This document shows positions 31,706 to 40,281 of a DNA stretch of 64,000 bases, in pieces (position 1 is the first letter of the stretch; each line of letters starts with the position of its first letter). The position numbers and the translations under genes are program-made. Below the pieces are notes generated by a model, which saw nothing but the letters and a program-made list of their open reading frames with translations, was not told the DNA's origin and searched no databases. Source of the DNA: Candidatus Poribacteria bacterium (GTDB lineage: Bacteria > Poribacteria > WGA-4E > PCPOR2b); contig OZ244587.1 in assembly GCA_965218095.1 (NCBI GenBank), positions 256,001 through 320,000 on the forward strand, given 5' to 3'.

Positions 31706-33613
31706 TCAATTTTGTGGGACGATTTCAGTCGATAAAACTTCGATGAGTTCATCTAAGTGGACATGTCGGAAAAACTCCGAAAGCCGCTTCTGCTTCGGTT
31801 TCATCGGGAGCAAGATGAAATCTGAGCAACGCCCCTGGATGGATTCAAACACCTTGCGATAGGCTTGGCTTGTGGCATATCCGACAACCAGAGCATAGTG
31901 GTCACCGTGCTTATCAAGATAGGCGTTGAACCGATCAACGGCTAGCTGTATCTGCGCCGTGTTTCTGGGAGACAACTGGAAATCATAGCGCACGACCGGT
32001 TCCTCAGATTCAAATTCTTCCGGCACGGGCCCGTAGAGCCCCGAAAGGGTAATTTTGTGAATCGCTCGTTGATTCTCCCCGAAGGCGGTCTGAAGCTTGG
32101 TGTTGATGATAGTGTGTGTACGTGAAAGTGAATACGGCTTTTTCCCTGCACAGGGAATTGTCAAAAGGACCCTTTTATCCTTTGGAGGCGCGTAATTTGA
32201 TGGAATGGCAAAGGAATCCGGCGTATAATCCAGCGAAATAGTCGGCTGTTCTTTCTGAAGATATGAAGCCGTTTCCTCTTTCAAAAGTGCCGGGAAAAGT
32301 TCCAATTGATAAGGGTTTCTCTCGACCGTACGCCGATTTTCTGACGTGGAGACATCCACAACCGTTTTTGCCATCCGGCTGGCAAACGCTTCATTATTTT
32401 TGATTAACCAGTCCACCGCCTTGCGGATGCCCCGCCCTGTCGAAGCATGATGGACTAATTCTTCGAGTGCGTCATCGGCTTCAATGGCGTCCTTCATACG
32501 AGAAAGCAGCCCCGCTTCCAACTCGAAATTATGCAAGGCGATCGCCGCATAACATTCGCTCTTGTATTTTCCGGTCGAAGTCCGTTTATAGCTTGTCGCT
32601 TCCATTAACGTGCGTTGCATTTCATCAAGTGAAACCTCCCGGCAGATGCGGCAGGTACAAGTCAGCTCGTCTAATTCCATGAGTTTTCGCTTCGCTCGCG
32701 TCAGTGAATCTGAATAGTTGAGGCCACGTGCTGCTTGAATATAGCTGGTGCTGTCAAAGCTATCGACACCCATGTAAGCCAGTATAGGTGCCAATTCACC
32801 GGAGACGCCGAAGGCGTGGATGGGGGTATGATGCCGCTCTGAATCTGGAATCGCTTTTTGAACTCCGCAGATCCGCTCAAGCACCGCCGAATCCTGTTTC
32901 CCCCGCAGTGGTACTAAAGAGCCGACCGCAAGTCCAAATGAGGGCAGTACGCCCAAAAGCCGGTCGAAAACCTGCCTGACATAACTCTCAATATCCGATT
33001 GGGATTGTCCATGACAGCAAACGTATAGAAAGGGAGGGCGCGCTTTGGCTGTGAGCAACGTAGCCACGCGACAGGCATTCTCCAGACTTAGGTTCATCCG
33101 TTTCTCAGCTTCGGAGCGTTCTAAACCCGGTGGTAACGGATAATCTAAAGAAGCAATAATTTCTCCCCCAAAGTCTTCTTGAAGTGCGAGAATATCATCG
33201 GCTTCGGTTTCCTTTTCAATTCCAAATTCCTTTAGGTCTAACCCTGTGTTGTAAAGCAACTTAAATCCACCAGAGTCGAGAAACAGGGGGGCATTATAAA
33301 CACCGTTTACTTCTTGATACCATTCGCGCATTGTTTTTTGACGCCATTTTCTTAAATGTTTGCCCTCAAACGGGAAGTCCAAAAAGTGCAGGACTTGGGA
33401 TAACATCGGCGCATCGTGCTTCATCAAATCACGGAGAAGGTACTTCCAGATGCCACCGCCGCGCGGTGTTGAACCGGTCATAAATGCAATGACAGGGTAC
33501 AGAATCGGCGTTAATAAAGGTGACAACGGTTCGCCATTGCGTTGCAAACGAAGTTCACCGATTCTACCGCCTTTTCTCTGAACGGTTGTATGGTAAGTTG
33601 GAACTGTGTTCAT
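31706..33613 (-). CDS. tRNA-guanine transglycosylase-like protein (archaeosine-TGT/DpdA-like) with DUF5591-like C-terminal domain
   Basis: LDSGGF, LDYP, CHG, AVGSLVP, IHAFG, GVDSFDS, Zn site CTCRIC...HN; C-terminal PCAGKKPYSLSRTH, SGLYGPVPEE. Confidence 0.88.
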   Translation of the reverse strand: MNTVPTYHTTVQRKGGRIGELRLQRNGEPLSPLLTPILYPVIAFMTGSTPRGGGIWKYLLRDLMKHDAPMLSQVLHFLDFPFEGKHLRKWRQKTMREWYQEVNGVYNAPLFLDSGGFKLLYNTGLDLKEFGIEKETEADDILALQEDFGGEIIASLDYPLPPGLERSEAEKRMNLSLENACRVATLLTAKARPPFLYVCCHGQSQSDIESYVRQVFDRLLGVLPSFGLAVGSLVPLRGKQDSAVLERICGVQKAIPDSERHHTPIHAFGVSGELAPILAYMGVDSFDSTSYIQAARGLNYSDSLTRAKRKLMELDELTCTCRICREVSLDEMQRTLMEATSYKRTSTGKYKSECYAAIALHNFELEAGLLSRMKDAIEADDALEELVHHASTGRGIRKAVDWLIKNNEAFASRMAKTVVDVSTSENRRTVERNPYQLELFPALLKEETASYLQKEQPTISLDYTPDSFAIPSNYAPPKDKRVLLTIPCAGKKPYSLSRTHTIINTKLQTAFGENQRAIHKITLSGLYGPVPEEFESEEPVVRYDFQLSPRNTAQIQLAVDRFNAYLDKHGDHYALVVGYATSQAYRKVFESIQGRCSDFILLPMKPKQKRLSEFFRHVHLDELIEVLSTEIVPQN

Positions 33614-33726
33614 AGTATGGTGTTTTTCCGCCGGTCCATTTAAGAACTAGCGATGCAATGGGATTGAGCAGAATCCGTTCTAATTATCGAATCCATAGTG
33701 TCTTCTATGCAATTAGTTTCGTATCT

Positions 33727-34338
33727 TCAGAGGGACGAAAAAATGAACTGCTTGAGAAAAGTGGTTCTTGCATAAAAAGCCCTCGTTATACTGCCATGTC
33801 CCTTGCCTTTGGTCCTTGGCTGAATATATACTCCCATTTTTCCGGTTAAAGTTGAAAAACCCTTCGTGCGAATTGTCTCTCTTACGAGATCATAATCGGT
33901 TCTGATTTGATCGTAGATCTCGGGATTATCTAAGTCGAAGGCTTTCACGGTATAAAGTATAGATTGCTTTTCTTGTTTGCTCTCCCAAATTCTGGCAGCA
34001 ACGATTAGTTTCCTCAATTTGGCTAATAAATGGCTATTCTCAAAATCAGTACTTTTAACATTGTAGGCATCAATCATCGTAATTGCCATTGTTTCCTTGA
34101 CCGTCAGCTTTCCACTTTTTAGATACTTCAGAGGAATGATTTTTAGTTCCCAAGAGCCAAAATTTGGAGATTGAGAGGAGTTAATTGGTAAATTAAGGTG
34201 ACGTTCAAGAACGTGCCCTGCCCAACCTTTATTTGGTTTTCCTTCTTTGAAAACCGTTACCTCGTATTTATCAGCCAACAATCGAAGGTCTTGCCCGATA
34301 AGCTCAGACAATTTCAAGAGTGCTTCTTGTCTCTGCAT
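33727..34338 (-). CDS. MutH/Sau3AI-family endonuclease-like protein (single domain)
   Basis: NKGWAGHVLE..L...NS...PNF..WELK.IP, KETMAIT, YIQPRTKG, RAFYARTTFL. Confidence 0.85.
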   Translation of the reverse strand: MQRQEALLKLSELIGQDLRLLADKYEVTVFKEGKPNKGWAGHVLERHLNLPINSSQSPNFGSWELKIIPLKYLKSGKLTVKETMAITMIDAYNVKSTDFENSHLLAKLRKLIVAARIWESKQEKQSILYTVKAFDLDNPEIYDQIRTDYDLVRETIRTKGFSTLTGKMGVYIQPRTKGKGHGSITRAFYARTTFLKQFIFSSL

Positions 34339-34366
34339 ATTCAATTCCTCTACAATGAACGCCTAA

Positions 34367-35368
34367 TTACTCCGCGGGTAGCTCATTGAGGCGCTTTTGA
34401 GCAATCTGGTTATACAATTCCTCTTTCTCAATCATCACCCATTTTCGGTTATACTTTTCCGCGGCGATTCCGGTTGTCCCGGTCCCGGCAAATGGGTCGA
34501 GAATAAGGTCATCTTCATTGGTTCCCGCTAAGACGAGCCGCTCAACCACTGCCAACGGCTTTTGCGAAGAGTGTTTTCCATATTTTCGTTCGGAGGGCTT
34601 AGTCAGCGGAATTTCCCACATATTCCGCATCTGCTTGTTACTGTTCATCGCTTTCATCGTATGATAATTGAACGTCCAATTTTTTGCCTTCTTACTTTCA
34701 TTGTTGACTGCCCATAAGATGAACTCGGTAGACTCCGTAAACATCCGACAAGTAATATTGGGCTGTGCATTCGGTTTATACCAGACAATTTGGGTAATAA
34801 TCCGCCGGTCAAATATATTTTGAAGAATAAACCCAAGTGTAAAGATGCTGTGAAACGACCCAAAAACAAAGATATTCCCGTTTTCCTTGACAACTCTCAG
34901 GACTTCGGTGACCCAATCGAGTGTGAACTGGAAATATTCGTCTTTTGAAAAAATATCCCAACCTTCCTGCATGGTAATATGGGAACTGAACGCCCAGCCC
35001 AACCCCCTCTTTTGGGACATATTGAACGGAGGGTCAGCGATGCAGCAATCGAAGACGCTGTCCGGCAAAGAAGGCAGAATACTCAGGCAATCGCCGCATA
35101 AAATCTGATTGACGGAAAGATTTTCAAGTGTCGTGTCCGAAGATAAGGTGAGAACGGCTTTCGATGGGGCTGTCTGTATCTGATTTTCTGACGCGACTGT
35201 GGACTCCGCTCCCCGATCTGGGTCGAGAACAGGCTTCGGTAGGAGTGGATGGACTCCCGTTGCAAGATATTGAATCAGTTGGGCTTTATTTAACAACGAG
35301 TATCCTCTTAATCCACGTTTTTTCGCTTCTTTTCTCAGATCTTTGTCTCGCATTTGATGGAAATTCAT
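34367..35368 (-). CDS. Beta-class amino DNA methyltransferase (DpnA/MboIB-like) with N-terminal Rho-N/HeH-like domain
   Basis: ADPPF, WYKPNAQPNITCRMFTESTEFILWA, FNY..MK..N.NKQMRNMW, GKHSSQKP, ILDPFAGTGTT. Confidence 0.92.
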   Translation of the reverse strand: MNFHQMRDKDLRKEAKKRGLRGYSLLNKAQLIQYLATGVHPLLPKPVLDPDRGAESTVASENQIQTAPSKAVLTLSSDTTLENLSVNQILCGDCLSILPSLPDSVFDCCIADPPFNMSQKRGLGWAFSSHITMQEGWDIFSKDEYFQFTLDWVTEVLRVVKENGNIFVFGSFHSIFTLGFILQNIFDRRIITQIVWYKPNAQPNITCRMFTESTEFILWAVNNESKKAKNWTFNYHTMKAMNSNKQMRNMWEIPLTKPSERKYGKHSSQKPLAVVERLVLAGTNEDDLILDPFAGTGTTGIAAEKYNRKWVMIEKEELYNQIAQKRLNELPAE

Positions 35369-35402
35369 TGATTTTCACTCCCTCGATTCCTTGATAGACA
35401 GG

Positions 35403-37142
35403 TCAATCTTTTGATTCACCACAATCCATCTGTTGACGTAGTACCGTCGTTGCTTCTTCGTCTACCGACAGCGTTCCCTCGTCCAACACCACGCCATACG
35501 CATCCCGTGCTGCTTCAAGCGAAACCTTGCTGTTCTTGACGTCGCGGGCCACATCGGCCGGAGGACGTAAAAGCGGGTCGCCCCATCCCCCACCGCCAGC
35601 CTGACGATGATAAATCCGCTCACCGGCCTTCATTGATGTGGAGATCATTGTCCGCAACACTTCATCGCTCTCATTGGTGTGGTGGAGCAGGTTGATCGAA
35701 CCCCTACCCGGCTTCCCACCGTAGAGCCCGTAGGGCAGGTGGTCCCGTCGGTCAGACCGGATCACCAGATGCGCTTCGCCAGACAACAACTGCCATTCGC
35801 GTTCAAGGCCCAAGCCGCCGCGGAATTTTCCGGCACCGCCACTGTCCTGTACATACCCGTAGCGTTCGATGTGCACCGGATATTCGCATTCCGCCTGCTC
35901 AATTGGGATATTGCTCGCAACGTTGGCGGGGTTGCACAGTCCGTCGTTTCCATCACGGTCGGGGCGCGCTCCCCAAGTACCGGACATCAGTTCGTAGTAG
36001 ACATATGGCGTCCGATCCTCCCGCTGCCCGCCAATGATAACCAGGGTATTGCCCCCCTCGCCGGCGGCTAAAACACGGTCCGGCAGCAGCCCGGCTAACG
36101 CGCCAAAGACGGTGTCCGCCAACCGAAACCCGGTGATGCCGCGCATTGAGGAAGCCGCTGGCATGACGCCGTGAACCACTGTGCCTTTCGGCGCGATGAT
36201 TTCCAGCGGCTTGAACATGCCGGCCGTGTTCGGAATATCCTCACGCATCACCGAGCGGACGCATAGCGCAACCACCGATGCAGTGAAGGAGAGGGTATTG
36301 TTGATGGCGCCACGGACCTGTGGGTTTGTGCCGGTAAAATCAGCGGTAAGGGTGTCACCTGCCACCGTCATCGTTACCTTCAGGCGCACGGGTGGCCCGC
36401 CGACGCCATCGCTGTCCATGTAGTCCGTGAAGGTATGGCTGCCATCGGGCCAGGAGGCGATTTCTGCGCGGACGAGACGCTCGGTATAATCGATGAGGTC
36501 AACAGCACAAGTGGCAAACGTTTCCAGCCCATAACGTTGGATCAGCGTGTGCACCGCGCGCTCGCCGATGTGGCAGGCCGCCAGTTGCGCGCGTAAATCT
36601 CCGATAGCCATCTGCGGCACCCGGACATTCGCACGCAGGAGCGTGAAAATTGCCTCATCGGGTTCGCCACCACGATACAGTTTCAACCAGGGGATGCGGA
36701 AGCCATCCTGGAAGATTTCGGTATTATCACAGGCAGAGCTGCCAGGCAGGCGTCCGCCCAGGTCCAAATGATGAGCGGTGCTCACGGCGAATGCCACACG
36801 CTGGTCATCCCAGAAGACGGGTTTAACGATGAAGATATCCGGGATGTGCATCCCGCCGTCAAAGGGGTCGTTGAGGATAAAAACATCGCCGGGCTGTATA
36901 TCTCCGTCGAATTTCTTAAACAGTGTTTCCATCGCGAAGGGGACCGAACCAAGATGGAGGGGAATCGTGATGCCCTGCGCAATCATTTCGCCATTGGTGT
37001 CACACAGAGAGGTCGAGTAGTCCAGACAGTCCCGCACGATGGTCGAGTAGGCAGTGCGATATAGGGCCATTGCCATCTCATCAGCTGCTGATGCCAGTGC
37101 ATTCTGCATAATCTCGCGTGTAATCGGATCGATCTCAGACAT
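35403..37142 (-). CDS. Hydantoinase B / oxoprolinase family protein
   Basis: RTAYSTIVRDCLDYS, NDPFDGGMHIPD, HHLDLGG, DSGGAGKFRGGLG, GGGGWGDP. Confidence 0.93.
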   Translation of the reverse strand: MSEIDPITREIMQNALASAADEMAMALYRTAYSTIVRDCLDYSTSLCDTNGEMIAQGITIPLHLGSVPFAMETLFKKFDGDIQPGDVFILNDPFDGGMHIPDIFIVKPVFWDDQRVAFAVSTAHHLDLGGRLPGSSACDNTEIFQDGFRIPWLKLYRGGEPDEAIFTLLRANVRVPQMAIGDLRAQLAACHIGERAVHTLIQRYGLETFATCAVDLIDYTERLVRAEIASWPDGSHTFTDYMDSDGVGGPPVRLKVTMTVAGDTLTADFTGTNPQVRGAINNTLSFTASVVALCVRSVMREDIPNTAGMFKPLEIIAPKGTVVHGVMPAASSMRGITGFRLADTVFGALAGLLPDRVLAAGEGGNTLVIIGGQREDRTPYVYYELMSGTWGARPDRDGNDGLCNPANVASNIPIEQAECEYPVHIERYGYVQDSGGAGKFRGGLGLEREWQLLSGEAHLVIRSDRRDHLPYGLYGGKPGRGSINLLHHTNESDEVLRTMISTSMKAGERIYHRQAGGGGWGDPLLRPPADVARDVKNSKVSLEAARDAYGVVLDEGTLSVDEEATTVLRQQMDCGESKD

Positions 37143-37331
37143 TTTCAGGTTCCATAAACTAAAACGTAAAAAATGTGATAAATGCTAAAAGGTACAGTTG
37201 AAAAACGTCTACAAAGCATTAGGGAGGAAGATGGGCTGATTGTTTATCTAGCTTTCCATTCTTCCTCCCTTTCTGCCGATTCGTCTACTCATCGGCTTCC
37301 CTCTGGACACTTGTGATAATCCCTGTCAGCC

Positions 37332-37445
37332 TTATGAATTTTGACGTTTTTGTTGCAGTGCTAGCTTCTTCCTTTTGAGACACCGTTTTTGTTGATGTCG
37401 AATTTGTGTTCGTCGCCGAACCTTTCCACTTTTACTTCGTGCCAT
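37332..37445 (-). CDS. Small basic protein, 37 aa (not in ORF track)
   Basis: AAAGGAGGT RBS; MARSKSGKVRRRTQIRHQQKRCLKRKKLALQQKRQNS*. Confidence 0.65.
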   Translation of the reverse strand: MARSKSGKVRRRTQIRHQQKRCLKRKKLALQQKRQNS

Positions 37446-37681
37446 TGAATTACCTCCTTTAGCTTTCAGCTTATTAGGTGTAGCTCAACTTTCTAAATAA
37501 TTTTCAAAAAGAAAGTAATGGTTTGTATTAAGGCGATTCATCGCTGTCCCAAATGCGCAATGAATTGCGCTACTACAAACGGAATGTATAGTTTAATACT
37601 GAAAATTACTTAGTTGGCAAAGATTGGGTAAAACCAAGATAGAATCTTAGGCTACCTTACTTTGCAAATCGCAAATTGGTA

Positions 37682-38761
37682 TTATCCATCATCAACTGTT
37701 TTCGCTAGATAAAATAGAGCGTCACCGCACAGCTCTTCGACCTCTTCCATTGCAGCTTCCAACTGTTCTTTCGAGGAACATTGCAGTAGGAGCCGATCCG
37801 CGGTAAGTGTGATGTAACGCTGCGGATCTGTATAAAGGAACTCTACCTGCAGATTGGTCTCCTTGACAACCCGATACCCATTTCCTACCGAAATCGCATC
37901 ACGAATTTCCAATCCATGAAAATTATTGTATAACACTTTTGCCCGTAGATCTTCCGGCGAAACCTCCGGGAAAGGCTGGTCTGATTCCGCTTCGGCCGCC
38001 TGCTCCTTCGATTCGCGGAGTGCATCTTGATCGCTTGCCGAATCAACGATGTCTTCTTCATCACCAACTTTCGCTTCTTCCGAATCATCCGCCAATTCCT
38101 GTTCGTCAGCAGTTTCTTCCGCTTGACTCAACTTCAGTACATCAGAAAGGACGCTCTGCACCGTGTCAGGTGTTTCTGGCATCGGCTGTGGGTGTGCCAG
38201 TATTTGCTCAAGAGTTCGCGCACAGAGTTTGAAGACAAATGGATGAAACGCAAGCGCCTCTGGGTCAGCGATTTCAAAAAGCGATCTCGCAACGAGCGCA
38301 ACTTCCGCCTTCTCCCGGTACCCCATCCGTGTTAGGCGTGTTTCACATGCTTTGAGCGAATGCAACATGGTGCTGATAAAATCCGGGGTAATCAGTTCAG
38401 GCAACACTTCAAAACGGAACCTGTCGCTGATTTCTTCAGGGTCCTCCTCATCTTCTCGTATTGATTTGGTGTCATCTACATTGTCTTCATCTTCCAGGAA
38501 GGGGATATCGGACGCAAGCAATTCCAGCGTCTTTTCGCACAACAGATCCTGATCAAAAGTTACATTTTCAAACTCAGGTTCATCAAGCAGTAGTTTGCTC
38601 TTCATGATTTTGTCCTGTAACATTTCTTCATCGGACCTCGCGGTTTGTAATGCCCGTTGCTTTTGAAGAGCCAACTGCTTGCGCCTGGATTTTTGATTTT
38701 GTTGACGCTTTTCTCGTTTACGTGCAATGTTGAGACGCCGATTTTTCTTTTTTTTAGCCAT
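37682..38761 (-). CDS. Hypothetical protein, basic N-terminus and acidic linkers
   Basis: 359-aa ORF. Confidence 0.75.
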   Translation of the reverse strand: MAKKKKNRRLNIARKREKRQQNQKSRRKQLALQKQRALQTARSDEEMLQDKIMKSKLLLDEPEFENVTFDQDLLCEKTLELLASDIPFLEDEDNVDDTKSIREDEEDPEEISDRFRFEVLPELITPDFISTMLHSLKACETRLTRMGYREKAEVALVARSLFEIADPEALAFHPFVFKLCARTLEQILAHPQPMPETPDTVQSVLSDVLKLSQAEETADEQELADDSEEAKVGDEEDIVDSASDQDALRESKEQAAEAESDQPFPEVSPEDLRAKVLYNNFHGLEIRDAISVGNGYRVVKETNLQVEFLYTDPQRYITLTADRLLLQCSSKEQLEAAMEEVEELCGDALFYLAKTVDDG

Positions 38762-39262
38762 CTTTGACCTGATTTTCGACTGTGTGGGATGAAATCATTC
38801 CGAGAAAGAGTTTAGACTCAGGAAAGTATACAGAAAGAAGCTGGAATTGTCAACACCGATCAAGAGATACTTCTATCTTGTCTTTCCTTTCCCCAAAAAA
38901 TGTAAAATTTCTTTTTGAAAAGTCAGCAAGTAAGCAAGTTTAAAAAATATCTGTGCCTTTTTATCCAGTCCACCAAGAACTGGGAACTCAGAACTAGGAG
39001 TTGGGGAAATGGATCCCGCTAGATCCAAGCTCCTAGCACCCCGTACCATCTTTGGCAATGAAAGTGGAAAATCTTAATTCGAACGTAACTGTTCAGATGG
39101 TGAAAACGAAGAAGAGCTTTGACGCAATCCTTCGACAAGCTCAGAGCCTATCCCCGATGGATCGGGAGACAAGTTCTAACAGATCGCGCAACAACGCTAC
39201 AGATTATACTTGCGCTGCCTACCTGAACGGTTACCCTGACACCTTAATGGCGAATTTAATGA

Positions 39263-39292
39263 TTGACAAATTTTGGGACAGGCTGATACAAT
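39263..39292 (+). promoter_or_regulatory. sigma70 promoter
   Basis: TTGACA-18 nt-TACAAT with TG extension. Confidence 0.5.
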
Positions 39293-39352
39293 GTACAAAA
39301 TGAATGAGATTCGTCAGCAAACACAATCTGGTCACAAAGAAAGATAATCAGC

Positions 39353-39925
39353 GTGAAAGGCTTTTTCGTTTATTTCCTCATATTCGTTGGCTTGTCGATT
39401 ATTTTGCCTTTGGCGGTGCTATAGGCCCAAAATCCGCAAGCGACAGCGAAACCGTCTCAAATTTTCGACTTGAGGACGTTTCTCAGTGTTCTGTTACCGG
39501 TGACGGTGCCAATCGTTGCAGCGGCGATTATCGGTTATTTCGGGATTAAGCCTGATCTGAAAGTTGTTCAGCGTGATGTGGGGTATATGCAAGCAAGCAT
39601 TGGTCAAATCGAGAGCAGACTGGAAAGATCAGGTAAGCGGGCGGATGAATTTGAAGCAAGGATGCACAGATTTGAAGTCGCTTTTACAAAGGTTATCGAT
39701 GGTATTGAACTTTTTGACCAAAAGTTTACCATTAGTCTTGAAAATCTTGACCAAAGGCTTGAAAGCGATATCGCCCACCTGAACGGGAAGATTGACACGT
39801 CTATTAAGCATCTTGGCCAAAAGTTTACCGCTAGTATTGAAGGGTTGAACCAAAAAATCAATAGTAATACTGAACTCCTGACCCAAAAGCTTGACATGCT
39901 AATAGAAGCATCGAAAGGCGGCTGA
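39353..39925 (+). pseudogene. Membrane-anchored 11-residue-repeat coiled-coil protein; in-frame TAG at 39422 after the signal peptide
   Basis: GTG start MKGFFVYFLIFVGLSIILPLAVL*AQNPQ... continuous with ORF 39470; repeats FDQKFTISLEN/LDQRLESDIAH/LNGKIDTSIKH/LGQKFTASIEG/LNQKINSNTEL. Confidence 0.6.
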
Positions 39926-39964
39926 CGACCGAAGCGCTGCGTCATGAGGTCGGCGCAAACACCG

Positions 39965-40003
39965 AAAGAGCCCAACAGGGAATATCCCTCCGGGCTCTTT
40001 TTT
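39965..40003 (+). terminator. Intrinsic terminator
   Basis: AAAGAGCCC...GGGCTCTTT TTT. Confidence 0.7.
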
Positions 40004-40017
40004 AATGGAGGTTCGCA

Positions 40018-40281
40018 ATGACAATAGATGAAGCCCGAAAATGGATTGAGCAGAAGGTACTATGGGAAGTTCCAGGAGGCAAAGAATACAATGATCATGT
40101 TCGGCTTGTGATAGAGACCATACGAAGTTTTTCCGCCTTTGATGCAGTTCGAGATGAGGCTGAGAGTCAGGTGTTTACAGCTCAATCTCTTGAGGAAAAG
40201 TCAGATTTCCTTCCCTTTCTGATCGATTGCTCACGACACAAAGATTATGCAGGTTTGGCTTATGAAATCCTGTCCCAATAG
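40018..40281 (+). CDS. Hypothetical protein, 87 aa
   Basis: GGAGG RBS; overlaps the lnt start. Confidence 0.65.
   Translation: MTIDEARKWIEQKVLWEVPGGKEYNDHVRLVIETIRSFSAFDAVRDEAESQVFTAQSLEEKSDFLPFLIDCSRHKDYAGLAYEILSQ

Noticed and set aside
31706-33613. Housekeeping queuine tRNA-ribosyltransferase (tgt)
   Set aside because: Lacks TPxFMPVGT, NTYHL and GGLSVGE signatures, is about 250 aa longer and lies beside RM genes.
34345-34372. attC core between the MTase and MutH-like genes (ATTAGGC)
   Set aside because: Not GTTRRRY, and no complementary RYYYAAC arm was found.
4982-39424. Stop-codon reassignment (in-frame TAG at likely Trp positions 9997, 15600, 17933, 39422; also TAG 4982 and TGA 3182, 31558)
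   Set aside because: lexA, recA, dop, pup and pafA end at TAG, and ppdK and prcA at TGA, at the expected places. Most affected genes also carry frameshifts or deletions. G->A decay explains it.
39052-39549. ORFs 39052-39303 and 39304-39549
   Set aside because: The first spans REP-like sequence and a promoter; the second overlaps the better-supported signal-peptide frame.
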